Shown here: positions 36,980 to 47,300 of the stretch, one piece after another | Position numbering within the stretch: position 1 is the first letter of the stretch | How the letters are laid out: the number at the start of each line of letters is the position of its first letter | DNA from: a virus | Taxonomy: Duplodnaviria > Caudoviricetes | IMG/VR virus record: IMGVR_UViG_3300048561_000027 | Location: 146-64,145 of that record | Length of the DNA stretch: 64,000 nt | Direction: 5' to 3' (one strand) | The notes under the pieces: model-generated | The model's input: only the letters and a program-made list of their open reading frames with translations | Database searches by the model: none | What the model was told of the DNA's origin: nothing | Translations under genes and position numbers: made by a program

Positions 36980-37246
36980 CTACCAATCATACCAATCTTT
37001 ATTGTCGTAACTGTAAAGATCGGCATAAAACTTTTTCTTTAGATTCCTTACATAAGTAGTTTCAAAGCTTATGTAAAAATCCAATGTGGAAAAGAGCCCT
37101 ACAATTGTTACAACAAAAAGATCCAAATAAGTTATTGAGGATGGAATGTTTAAATATTCGGTAAAAACATAATTGCCAAACCATACAGATACTACACTTA
37201 ATACAGCAACACTACAACTATAAACAAATCTGAATAAAGCTATCAT
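36980..37246 (-). CDS. Small membrane protein
   Basis: Two hydrophobic segments; GAGGAG RBS. Confidence 0.6.
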   Translation of the reverse strand: MIALFRFVYSCSVAVLSVVSVWFGNYVFTEYLNIPSSITYLDLFVVTIVGLFSTLDFYISFETTYVRNLKKKFYADLYSYDNKDWYDW

Positions 37247-37756
37247 GCTTAAACTCCTCTATAGTTACTTGGTAAACTTACTATTAACTTTATAAACTAT
37301 TTACATCTCTATATCAAGTAAAATTATGCTCTGTGAATACCTAAGCCGTTAGTGATAATCCAGATGATTTAATTAATTTAATGTTTGATATTGTAGTATG
37401 ATTATTAAATAACTGCTATTTATAAATATATCTAAGAAAAGGTTTGAAATAGGAAAGAAATAAATATACCATTAACATAAGACCATTGGAGACTACAGCT
37501 ATGGTCTTAAATTTATATCCCCTACTGTGGCGGAGGCTTGGGAATCAGATCATCAAGGGGTGACGGCTAGAGTGCGTTGTGTGTAAGGCTTTATTTGGGA
37601 GTACCAGTAACTCCTCACTCATAACACCGGGACGGCCTAGAATCTGGCGTACACATGTACGATAAGCGTGACCGGGTGGCTCAACCTCTACAAGAGTCTA
37701 AAGGGGCAGTCAAATACTTCACTATTCTTCTTAATTGAGGAATAGTGGAGTTTTGG

Positions 37757-37822
37757 TCTTACATACAGAGTCTAAATAACTATATCAAGTTACTAAGCCC
37801 TAAATAACTAGATCAAGTTACT
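37757..37822. repeat. 23-bp direct repeat containing palindrome variants
   Basis: CTAAATAACTA(T/G)ATCAAGTTACT at 37772 and 37800. Confidence 0.8.
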
Positions 37823-37841
37823 ATATTTAAAAATAGAAATT

Positions 37842-38243
37842 ATGAAAAAAATCTGTTATGTTTATTTTATACAAAGAGGTTATGGAGCCATAAAAATTGG
37901 TGTTTCCTATAACCCCGAAGAAAGATGCCGACATCTACAAACCGCAGATTATAAAATACTCCATGTTATAGCCAAATTTCCCATGCCTTCCAGACAAACC
38001 GCTTTTGATATGGAAAAAGAATTACATGAAAAATTTTCAAATTATAGATTAACAAATGGAGAATGGTTTAAAAGAGGTATTATTAATGAATTTCAAAATA
38101 GGGCAGCCTTGTTACCCTATATGTTTGACAATGAAGGCAATAAAATACCCCGATATGGACCTGATAAATTAAATCAGGATTTAGAATACCATCGAAAAGA
38201 AAAACAAAGAATTCGACGCTGCGGGAAAGGTAAAATTACTTAA
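37842..38243 (+). CDS. GIY-YIG (T5orf172/MUG113-like) nuclease domain protein
   Basis: YVYFIQ, IKIGVS.NPEER, EKELHEKF, GEWF. Confidence 0.85.
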   Translation: MKKICYVYFIQRGYGAIKIGVSYNPEERCRHLQTADYKILHVIAKFPMPSRQTAFDMEKELHEKFSNYRLTNGEWFKRGIINEFQNRAALLPYMFDNEGNKIPRYGPDKLNQDLEYHRKEKQRIRRCGKGKIT

Positions 38244-38396
38244 TTAAGGTGACGTATTGGAACTTTGTTGACTCTGTTAAGTAAATTGTTTACACTTCTT
38301 TAAGTTAAGTTTTCAAACTTCAATCTTTCAAGAAGCGGTGGGCACTATAAAAGTTTTTACCCCCGTGTTGTCAAGTCTGGTACGTGGAGAAATTTA

Positions 38397-39440
38397 ATGA
38401 GTTATTGTCGGTTCAGTAGTGACAACTGGAATTGTGATGTATACGTTTATGAAAACTGTAGTGGAGGCTGGACTACTCACGTAGCGGATCGTCGTTTATG
38501 GGTTCGTCCAATTCCAGCTATGGACCATTTAAAAATTACAACAAAAGTTAACGTGTTTATTTTATGGATCAGAATTAAACTTTGGCGAATTCGTTATACA
38601 CTGAATGTGCTGTCGTTAAAACTGATTCCCTTACGTAGAAGTAACTTGCCCTATGCGGGGGAAACATTTAACGACCCCACACCGCAGCAATGTGCGGCAC
38701 GTTTGGTATCGCTGTTAAAATTGGGGTATAAGGTGCCTGACTTTGCTATCCAGGCTTTACTAAATGAGGCTCTTAATTCTTTATTAGAAGAAATTGACTT
38801 AATTCTTTCCAAAGGAGTAAAACGTGATGTCTAAAAAATTAAGCGTTAATGAAAAAGCGCGTCGTGAGTGTGTCCGGCATTGGGAACGCATGTTGGTACT
38901 TACTAAAAAAGACATTATTGCTGGAAAGGAATGTCCAAATCCCGCCAATTGTGCTTTTTGTAAGTTATATTGGTATTATCCAAAGAATTGTGAGGGGTGT
39001 CCCATTAAGTTTTTTACAGGTGAAGTAGAGTGTGTGGACACTCCCTATGAAGCAGCGGCAACGTTGTATAATAATATCCAGCACGGCAGCACCAACGTTT
39101 CTGTAATCACGTTTCGCAAACACGTCAGAGCCGAAATTGACTTTCTCAAATCTTTGGAGATCCCACAATGACAACCGCTATTTTTAATTTTTCCGGGAAC
39201 AATTACGCTATAAAGATTCGCCATTACACACCTAAGAATAGTTCAAAAAGTGAACGTAAAGGTAAACAATGGATGACCGTAGCTGAATTGTGGAGCCTTG
39301 ACGAGAACGGTAGGTATTTGGAGTGTATCAGACATGCCTGTAGTTATTGCTCCGATAAGGACCAGCCTAGTCGTGCCGTTGGTAGAGCCGTAGCGTTGGG
39401 TAGATTGAAAAAGCAAACGTTAAATTTCACGTTATTTTAA
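38397..39440 (+). CDS. Three hypothetical proteins (38397-38834, 38824-39171, 39168-39440)
   Basis: Overlapping start/stop coupling. Confidence 0.65.
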
Positions 39441-39442
39441 TA

Positions 39443-40066
39443 GTGAGGTCAGTCATGACTAAGCACGTCGGTTGTAGCAAGAATTATTTGAAAGCAATTA
39501 ATTTTATCCAACACGCTCATGGCAGACAACTTCGTAAATATAACAAAGAACCCTACTATCAGCATTGCATTAGAGTTGCCAATACGTTGTATTGTATCGG
39601 CTTGCACGACGATGTTGTTGTGGCCGCGCTTTTACATGACGTTTTGGAGGACTGCCCGGAGATTTCTGAAGCCAGGCTTAGACTAGAATTTGGGGGTTCC
39701 ATTACTGATCTGGTAGTTATGTGTACGCAACCAAAAATTACCGGGAATCGCATAGCGCGTAAATTGGCGTTTATAGAACAGTTGAAGCAAGCTTCGGCGG
39801 ATGCAATCAATATTAAACTGGCCGATTTGATTGACAACCTGCCGTCAATAGTCGAGAATGATCTTGGTTTTGCACAAATTTATGTGCGGGAGAAACGTAA
39901 TTTGTTTGATGAAGTTTTGAAGTTACACGGACATCCTTTACTGGTTTCATGGGCGGAAAATATTCTGATTTTGAGCGAGAATATCCTTGATTTGGCCAAT
40001 GAGTTAAGAGCGGATATAGAGTTAAGAACAAGTATGGGTTGGACGGACAGATCAAATCTGATATAA
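39443..40066 (+). CDS. HD-domain hydrolase of the RelA/SpoT (Mesh1/SAH) type
   Basis: AHGRQLRK..EPY..H..RVA, ALLHDVLED, IKLADLIDN. Confidence 0.88.
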   Translation: MRSVMTKHVGCSKNYLKAINFIQHAHGRQLRKYNKEPYYQHCIRVANTLYCIGLHDDVVVAALLHDVLEDCPEISEARLRLEFGGSITDLVVMCTQPKITGNRIARKLAFIEQLKQASADAINIKLADLIDNLPSIVENDLGFAQIYVREKRNLFDEVLKLHGHPLLVSWAENILILSENILDLANELRADIELRTSMGWTDRSNLI

Positions 40067-40098
40067 ATTAATCTCAACGTTAAATTGAGGTAAACTAA

Positions 40099-41169
40099 AT
40101 GAGTTCCAAGAACGTTAAAAATATCGGCAAAAACAAACCTTACAATTTAGGCAAATTCCGTATTTCACGGAACCTGTTTGATCGTGATTTTAACACCATT
40201 ACGGAAATTTTTAATCACTTTAAGTTTGTCCCCGTGAAAGTATGGTTTGACGTACAATCGGGTAATTATGAATATACCGCGTTTTCTCCTTTTTTTGAGG
40301 ACGAGAAAAGTTTACATCTGATTCCAGAATATACAATACTCGTCACTACTTATAAAATGAAAACTACGTCATCCGAGGGGTGGAAGGCTATTATTAAATA
40401 TGAATTGCAGAGGGTATAATTATGGATAAACAAATTCTAATTGACCCGACTTTACAAATTGTCTGATTCCCGAATATGAAATTTTAATTGATCGAATGTC
40501 GTGTGAGGTCGTGAAATACAAATCTAACAAAACCAAATTGAAACATTATTTTACATTTAGATTAAAACGAGTATAAGTTAATGCAAATCAAACACGGTTT
40601 CCCTCCCAATTATCATGATATTTTAGCCGTGTTCCCACGGGCTAAATCACATACGGTAATTTTTACCTATGGTGATACAATTTATACTCCTTACAATATT
40701 GAACTTCCACAACCAATTTTAGCTCATGAGGTCGTGCATTCTTTACAGCAAGACAAGTCCCCGGACCAGTGGTGGAAACAATATTTAACGGATAAACAGT
40801 TCCGTTTGGAACAAGAGTTAGAAGCTCATCGTGCCGAATATGTGGCTTATAGTAAATATGGACGTAAGATCAGACAAGCCCAATTAAATATTATCGCGGC
40901 TAAATTGGCGTCTTCACTTTATAATAATATGATTAGGAAAGACTTGGCGAAACAGTTAATTTCTGGTAAGGTGGAATTGTGTTATGAAAAAACCCAGGCA
41001 TTGTAATGGTTGTACAAGTTATTCTAAAGCCGGACATCCAAAAGGTAGTAATAAACGCGGGGGTAAATATGACCACTGGTGCTGTCATTATAGCACTGCC
41101 GCTCCAAAAGCGGTGTCAATTTGTAAATTACAAGATGGAAAATGTATAAGTGTTGAATTTATTTTCTAA
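40099..41169 (+). CDS. Hypothetical proteins (40099-40419; 40581-41006 with HEVVH zincin-like motif; 40984-41169 Cys-rich)
   Basis: ORFs. Confidence 0.6.
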
Positions 41170-41220
41170 ATATTTCGGCGTACAAGTGCCGCCGTGGCCG
41201 GATAACCGGAGGAGACCAAT

Positions 41221-41487
41221 ATGAGCAATGACCAGTTAGCAAGTATGGAAATACATCTTGTCCCCTTGGTCCGTTATCGCGACCACGAGGGAAATCCTAC
41301 GTGCGCCAAGGACTTCGCTACAGGTCACGTCTGTGTATTTTATGCCACTCAAAGATTTGGGTGTTCTGAAACGTGCTGGTTTGCTGAGAAGGATGGGCGT
41401 AGATGGGGGCCGCTGGAGCGGCGAAAAAACGGGCATGGCACGCTTATACCGCTATCGATCTGTCCCTTATGGGATGAAGCGTTCTGA
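41221..41487 (+). CDS. Cys-rich hypothetical protein; inverted paralogue of 20850-21125
   Basis: 86-nt identical 5' end; GGAGGAG RBS. Confidence 0.75.
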   Translation: MSNDQLASMEIHLVPLVRYRDHEGNPTCAKDFATGHVCVFYATQRFGCSETCWFAEKDGRRWGPLERRKNGHGTLIPLSICPLWDEAF

Positions 41488-41690
41488 ATGGTGGGCTATA
41501 TACGCAGGTTTATGGGTGAAATACCGCATCAGTTTGTGGCGGCTGATGGGTATGCAAACGCCTTTGATATCGGCAGCGAATTGCTGCATATGGCGAAAGA
41601 ATAACCGAGGGGGTATTCCTTGGCGCAGAGGACTAAACCAATTTTTTGCCAAGTGTTGAATTTATTTTCTAATCAAAACAGGTATTTTTA

Positions 41691-42272
41691 ATGTTTAAAC
41701 CAGTAAATAGACTTGTAGTTGATATTGAGACATTAGGGGTTAACCCACATGCGCCGGTATTGAGTATTGGCCTTGCTCTTTTACGGGATGATTACACGAT
41801 AAGGTCAAATGAAGTTGTTGAGTTTGGAATTGACCTTCAGGCATATGAGCGTAGTGATAGTGTATTTATTGCTGATCAATCCACACTTGATTGGTGGGAG
41901 AAACAAGAAGGCAGTAAGGCATACAAACAAGCTTTTTCCGGACAGATGGGTATTGGGGTAGCATGTCAGTCAGTACGGGATTTTTACATCAAACACAAAT
42001 GTCGGGAGGTGTGGGCTAATCATCCTCATTTTGATGTAGTAATTTTAGAACACTTGTTTCAGCAATGTGAGGTAGAAACTCCGTGGCGTTATTTTGAAGT
42101 TTATGATGTCGCCACTGTAGGCAAACCCTTTTTAACCGATCAGAAAAAGAAAGAATTTAGGACCGGATTAGTTGAACATATCGGTTATCACGATGCTTGG
42201 TATGAAGCCAAATGTTTACAATGGATTTTACCACAATTACAACTTTCCGATCCAGTAGAGATACTCTATTGA
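41691..42272 (+). CDS. 3'-5' exonuclease (Rv2179c/RNase AS-like DEDD)
   Basis: VVDIETLG, VLSIG, FDVVIL, PWRYFEVYDVAT, H..YHDA. Confidence 0.8.
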   Translation: MFKPVNRLVVDIETLGVNPHAPVLSIGLALLRDDYTIRSNEVVEFGIDLQAYERSDSVFIADQSTLDWWEKQEGSKAYKQAFSGQMGIGVACQSVRDFYIKHKCREVWANHPHFDVVILEHLFQQCEVETPWRYFEVYDVATVGKPFLTDQKKKEFRTGLVEHIGYHDAWYEAKCLQWILPQLQLSDPVEILY

Positions 42273-42278
42273 TAAGTT

Positions 42279-42822
42279 ATGGTAAAATCGTATAGAGAAA
42301 GTGTTAATGAGTACAAATCTGAAAAGGCTCAATTAGTTGAGGAAGAAATTCACTTTAAGGGCAAAAAAGACCGTAATATAAAAGTAGAGTTTGCATGGTT
42401 AAAAGACTGGAGTGGCAATTTTAAATCTGAACCTGATCTTATTTGGCACACATGGAAACATTATTTAAAAGTTGAAGATGCCAAGATTGCTATTAAACAA
42501 CATTTATGCAAACATCCGGGTTTGTTTATTTTTAAATTAAATGATCACGTTTATCAGGAGTGAAGAAATGTTAAATTGGTTATTGCAAAAAGTTGGGCTT
42601 GTGACCATTCAGAGGGCAAAACGGTTGACTAGACGGGCGCATAAATTTTACGTGGCGTCAGTCGTTGATGGTGTATATAGGGATTTTGGGGCAAATGGGA
42701 AGCCCGGAGCAATCGAGGAAAGTTGTAAATGGTGGGATCAGACCTTTGATAAAATTATGGCCGAAAATAGTGCTGACATTAGCATTGCTTCAGAGCCGGT
42801 TTTTTCAGATTATTTGAATTAA
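42279..42822 (+). CDS. Two hypothetical proteins
   Basis: ORFs 42279-42563 and about 42568-42822. Confidence 0.55.
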
Positions 42823-42840
42823 ATTGGAGGATTTATAAAA

Positions 42841-43239
42841 GTGGGTAGTCCAATTTTTTATATAGCCGTTCCATACACCCATGAAAATGACAACATTAGA
42901 GACCTTCGGTTTCGTATGGTAACGGAATTTTGTGCCCGACAATCCAATCAAGGAGTAGTGGTGTTTTCTCCCATTACTCATAGTCATGAGTTGGCTAAGT
43001 TCGGAACACCTACTAAGTGGGAATTTTGGCGGCAAATTGATATCGAGTTTATTAGGCGAAGTGGATTCTTAGTTGTCTTGATGTTAGAGGGGTGGAAAAA
43101 TTCTGTTGGGGTTCAGGCAGAAATTAAATTAGCGAAAGAATTCGACATTCCCATTATGTATTTAAAATATGAGGACAACATTACACAGCAATTTTCACCG
43201 GATGAACAGAAGGAATTGTTTTTTAATTCTACTTTATAG
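42841..43239 (+). CDS. DUF1937 / nucleoside-deoxyribosyltransferase-like fold
   Basis: YIAVPYTH, VFSPITHSH, W..S.GVQAEI..A. Confidence 0.7.
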   Translation: MGSPIFYIAVPYTHENDNIRDLRFRMVTEFCARQSNQGVVVFSPITHSHELAKFGTPTKWEFWRQIDIEFIRRSGFLVVLMLEGWKNSVGVQAEIKLAKEFDIPIMYLKYEDNITQQFSPDEQKELFFNSTL

Positions 43240-43250
43240 GAGTAAAATTT

Positions 43251-43514
43251 ATGCCTTATATTAAACAAGAAGATCGGAGTAAATTTAAGGAAGTTTTAAA
43301 AAAACTCCCTTATTTTGAAAATCCAGGGGAAGTCAATTATTTTATAACTAAAATTCTTTTAAAGTATGAAAATCAGTTTCCAACCAGTTATAAAGTATAT
43401 AATGAAATAATTGGGGTTTTGGAATGCTGCAAACACGAGTTCTATAGTAAAAATATACGCCCTTATGAAGAGTACAAATGTGAGGTGAATGGAGAGGTGT
43501 ATGCAAAAAATTAA
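43251..43514 (+). CDS. Phage hypothetical protein (conserved-looking motifs)
   Basis: MPYIK, NPGEVNY.IT, GVLECCK.EFY. Confidence 0.7.
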   Translation: MPYIKQEDRSKFKEVLKKLPYFENPGEVNYFITKILLKYENQFPTSYKVYNEIIGVLECCKHEFYSKNIRPYEEYKCEVNGEVYAKN

Positions 43515-44115
43515 AGTGATCTTGTTGTCTGGTTACGCTAGAAGCGGTAAAGATACCATTTCTGACTACATTTATAATACCGTTCGTTTAAACTATTTTC
43601 TTTACAAAAAGGAAAACTTGTTATATCGGGATAAGTTTGCCAAACCTTTATATGACATGTTGAGTGTTATATATAAAGATTGTAAAGATGAAATAAATTA
43701 TGACTATATCAACGAGTGTAAATCTGATTTGATGCCATTAACTTCAGTTTCGTGGCGAACGGCTTTACAAAAACTAGGGACCGAGTTTGGTAGGGATTGT
43801 CTTGGGCAGCACATTTGGGCGGATTTAGCCGTTCAACGTAGTATAGCTTTGTGTCAAAACAAAAATTACAACGGCGTTATTTTTAGTGATTGCCGGTTTT
43901 TAAATGAGGTTGACAGATTTAAATTAAATTCTTTAATGGACGTGGTTTTAATTTACGTTGAACGAAAAGAATCCGAGCCTCAATTACAACATCGAAGTGA
44001 ACAAGAGATTTTAAAACTTAAAAACAATGCGGATTACATTGTTACAAATAATAAGTCTCTTAAATGTTTGTATAAACAAATTGATGTTATCTTAAATGAT
44101 TTGGAATTGATTTGA
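43501..44115 (+). CDS. Deoxynucleoside monophosphate kinase
   Basis: P-loop SGYARSGKDT, RTALQKLGTEFGR, SDCRFLNE. Confidence 0.88.
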   Translation: MQKIKVILLSGYARSGKDTISDYIYNTVRLNYFLYKKENLLYRDKFAKPLYDMLSVIYKDCKDEINYDYINECKSDLMPLTSVSWRTALQKLGTEFGRDCLGQHIWADLAVQRSIALCQNKNYNGVIFSDCRFLNEVDRFKLNSLMDVVLIYVERKESEPQLQHRSEQEILKLKNNADYIVTNNKSLKCLYKQIDVILNDLELI

Positions 44116-44157
44116 ATGGGGAATTTATTAAGGTAAAAATTTTTACCTTAATATAGG

Positions 44158-44186
44158 TTGACAGGGTGTTGTAAAAAATTTATAGT
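44158..44186 (+). promoter_or_regulatory. Strong sigma70-like promoter
   Basis: TTGACA-N17-TATAGT. Confidence 0.75.
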
Positions 44187-44271
44187 AAAACTTGCAAAAG
44201 TGAAAGGTCGTTGAGAAAATAGTTGTAAATAATAAGTAGTTAATGATGGCGCTAGAGTTTGACTAGCCCTG

Positions 44272-44309
44272 AACGCCCTAAGGTTTCCCACCTTAGGGCG
44301 TTTTTTTTT
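44272..44309 (+). terminator. Rho-independent terminator at the convergence with nrdJ
   Basis: AACGCCCTAAGG-TTTCCCA-CCTTAGGGCGTT plus T run. Confidence 0.92.
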
Positions 44310-47300
44310 ATATCTCACAAGCTCCATTTAAACAAGCCGTTACTGGTTGCTTTTCAGTCTTGTTTAAGATTCCCATACGTTTACCACTGGCACGGAAAGT
44401 TGTAACACCTTTAGCTCCATTTTGCCAAGCCTTTTTATAAATCTCTTTAAAGTCTTCCCAACTCACGTTGTCACCTACATTTATGGTTTTACTACAGGCT
44501 TGATCAACGTAATATTGTACCGTAGTTAAAACATTTAGGTGTTCTAGGGCGGAAATGTCATCTGTAGTACGACCCTTAACTCCGAATACGTTTACCCCAT
44601 AATCTTTAACAGGCTCAACCACAGGACCGTCTTCAGTTATTATCGTGCGGCTGTATTCATGCGCAAAGACTGGTTCAATACCGGAGGACACATTGTCAGC
44701 GGACAAACTTATCGTCCCCGTGGGGGCAACACTTAACAAATGACTATTACGAATACCGTGTTCATAAATGGCTTCTTGAATTTGTTTTGGCAAACGTTTA
44801 ATAAATTTACTTTCCACAAATTTGTCTTTATCAAAAAGTGGGAAAGATCCTTTTTCCTTAGCCAAGTCAATTGAAGCAAGATAACACTCATTACGTAGAG
44901 TCTTCATGACTCTTTTAGTGAATTCAAGAAATTTGTCCGTCGCATACGGATACCCAAGGGCTTCACCAGCGTTGGCTAATCCGGTTATTCCAATGCCCAT
45001 ACGGCGTTTGTTTTTTTGTTCCCGCTCGTATTCTTTTAGAGGGTATATGGTACGGTCTATAACATTATCTAAAGCTCTTACTATGGCCGGTATATCAGCT
45101 ATGAAAGTGTCCCAATCAAAGACTTTATTAGGCGTGATGTATTTAACCAAATTGACAGAACCTAGTAGACACGTTCCAAAAGGCGGCAAAGGGACTTCTC
45201 CACATGGATTAGTCGCGTGAATGTCCTCACAGTACCAAAGATTGTTGTATTCATTAATTTTATCTAAAAATAAAACCCCCGGTTCCGCCCAGTCCCATGT
45301 GGAACGCATTATTTCCTCCCATAGAGCTTTAGCATCTATGGTTTTATAAATTTGATCATTAAAAATTAAATCATAAGTTTTGTTTTCAAACACGGCTTTC
45401 ATAAAGTCATCGTAGACGCCAATAGAGATATTGAAATTAGTTAGTTGATCCGTGTTTTGTTTGGCCCGAACAAATTCTTCGATATCTGGATGATTACAAT
45501 TTAAAATTCCCATTTGGGCTCCGCGACGAGAGCCCGCACTTTTAACCGTCGCACATACGGCGTCATAAATTTTCATAAAGGAGATTGGACCAGATGCCGG
45601 GCTTTCTAAAGTGACAATATTGGCTCCTTTAGGTCTAAGATTAGAATTGTGCCCTAAAAATCCATCTGCAATTAATGTTTTTGTAGATGTTTTTACAGCA
45701 AACACTTTTCCGGCTCCTAAAGATTTAGTAGTTATAACGGTAGCTGAGGGATTGGATCGGGTACTTAATTTGGCCCCTTCCCATATTTTTTTAGGATTAA
45801 ATCGGATGGGTTTACAAATTCCAATTAGTCTGGCGGCTGCCCATGTCCCACGAAATCTATGGCTTTCGAAAATCGCATTTGGATTGGTATATCTATAACT
45901 TTTGTTGGGAATTTCATATTTGGTAAGCAGTTCTAAGATTTTATCATTTACTTTTCCAACATTTTGTGCAAGCCCTGAATGGGTTTTTGATCCCCCAGTT
46001 TTTGTTGTTTGGCTTACACACCAACCTTCTCCATCCATCATTCCGGCAAACCACCCCGCGTCGTAGGTTTTCCACTCATCTATATCCCAAGGTTTTGATA
46101 TAAAGGCAATTTTATCCCCTTCCTTTAAATCCCTGGCTTTAACCCATTTATAACCCTTCCCTTTCTTTTTATGTGGGAAATCTTTTTTTCGGAGTACGAC
46201 AAATAAATGATCCGCACTTACTTTAGTAGAATTTTTATCTGTTAAAACATCAATGATTTCAGCAATAAGAGATTTGTTGGATTCAACAAAGGCTGGTTTA
46301 AATTTATTTTTTTGTAAATTTAAGTTTTCCGAGAATCCTACAAGCTCCTGCCCTATTGTTAAATCCTCAGCCTTTACCCAATCTAAGTTTGAGGTTAATA
46401 TTTTAGTGTCTGGGGATACACAAAAATCATATCCAATCCCTCCACCCATACGCATGGTTAATGCAGCTTTGGTAGCCATATCCATAATGGATAACATCGA
46501 ATCGTCAATTTTTCCCGAAACGAAACAATTTCCACTGTGAATCCCGTTTGCTAGGGCAAAAGAATGGGTTGTTGGAACAATTGGACAATATACAGTTTCC
46601 ATTTGTTTATTTTTAGGGGGTCCATAAATTCTCCAACGAAGGGGTTTTTCTATTCGAGTTTTCCATCTATCTTTATGTTTTGTAGACAGAAAGTCCTCCT
46701 GTGTAAGAGTGTTTAGTTTAAAATGTAGATTTCCAACTTTCTTTTTCCTGACCCCAAAATTGGTTTGATCTGCTAACATTGTTTGTGACATAGAATGCCA
46801 TCCAACCAGGGGTCCCCACTGTTTGATCCAATTTTTTTCTTCTGCCCCACAACAAAGAGTAGCACATGGTTGTAAACTTACACACCCATCTGCTAAAAAC
46901 CATCCACGGAAGAAACCTAATAGATAATCTGAGGATATGTTGGCAGTAATAGGCAACTCTTTCAAGTTTGTCCATGCCTTTGTAAATGATATATAATATG
47001 TTGGATCTCCATTATTGGAAGGTGAGTTTGTGTGTGGATACTCTTTTAACCATTTTTCAGTATCTTCGTGTTTAGAGCAAATTCTTATTGCATAAACTCC
47101 ATTTGCAATGGTGCCGTCTCCATAAAATATTCCATGAATAATTCCTTTTTTATATTGGTCTTCATTTTTTATTGTTTTCGTGGGCCTTAGATCATTGATT
47201 TCTACTCGTTTTAGTTTAAATAAAGCTTTAGTTTTTATTTTTGTATTAGTGTTGTTGTGTACCCAATCATGGTTTAATGTTGATCTTTGAGTTGTTGTCT

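Noticed and set aside
36947-37000. Permuted two-piece tmRNA acceptor segment
   Set aside because: No T-arm/acceptor/CCA upstream of the 5' GGG; the region is a promoter and a gene end
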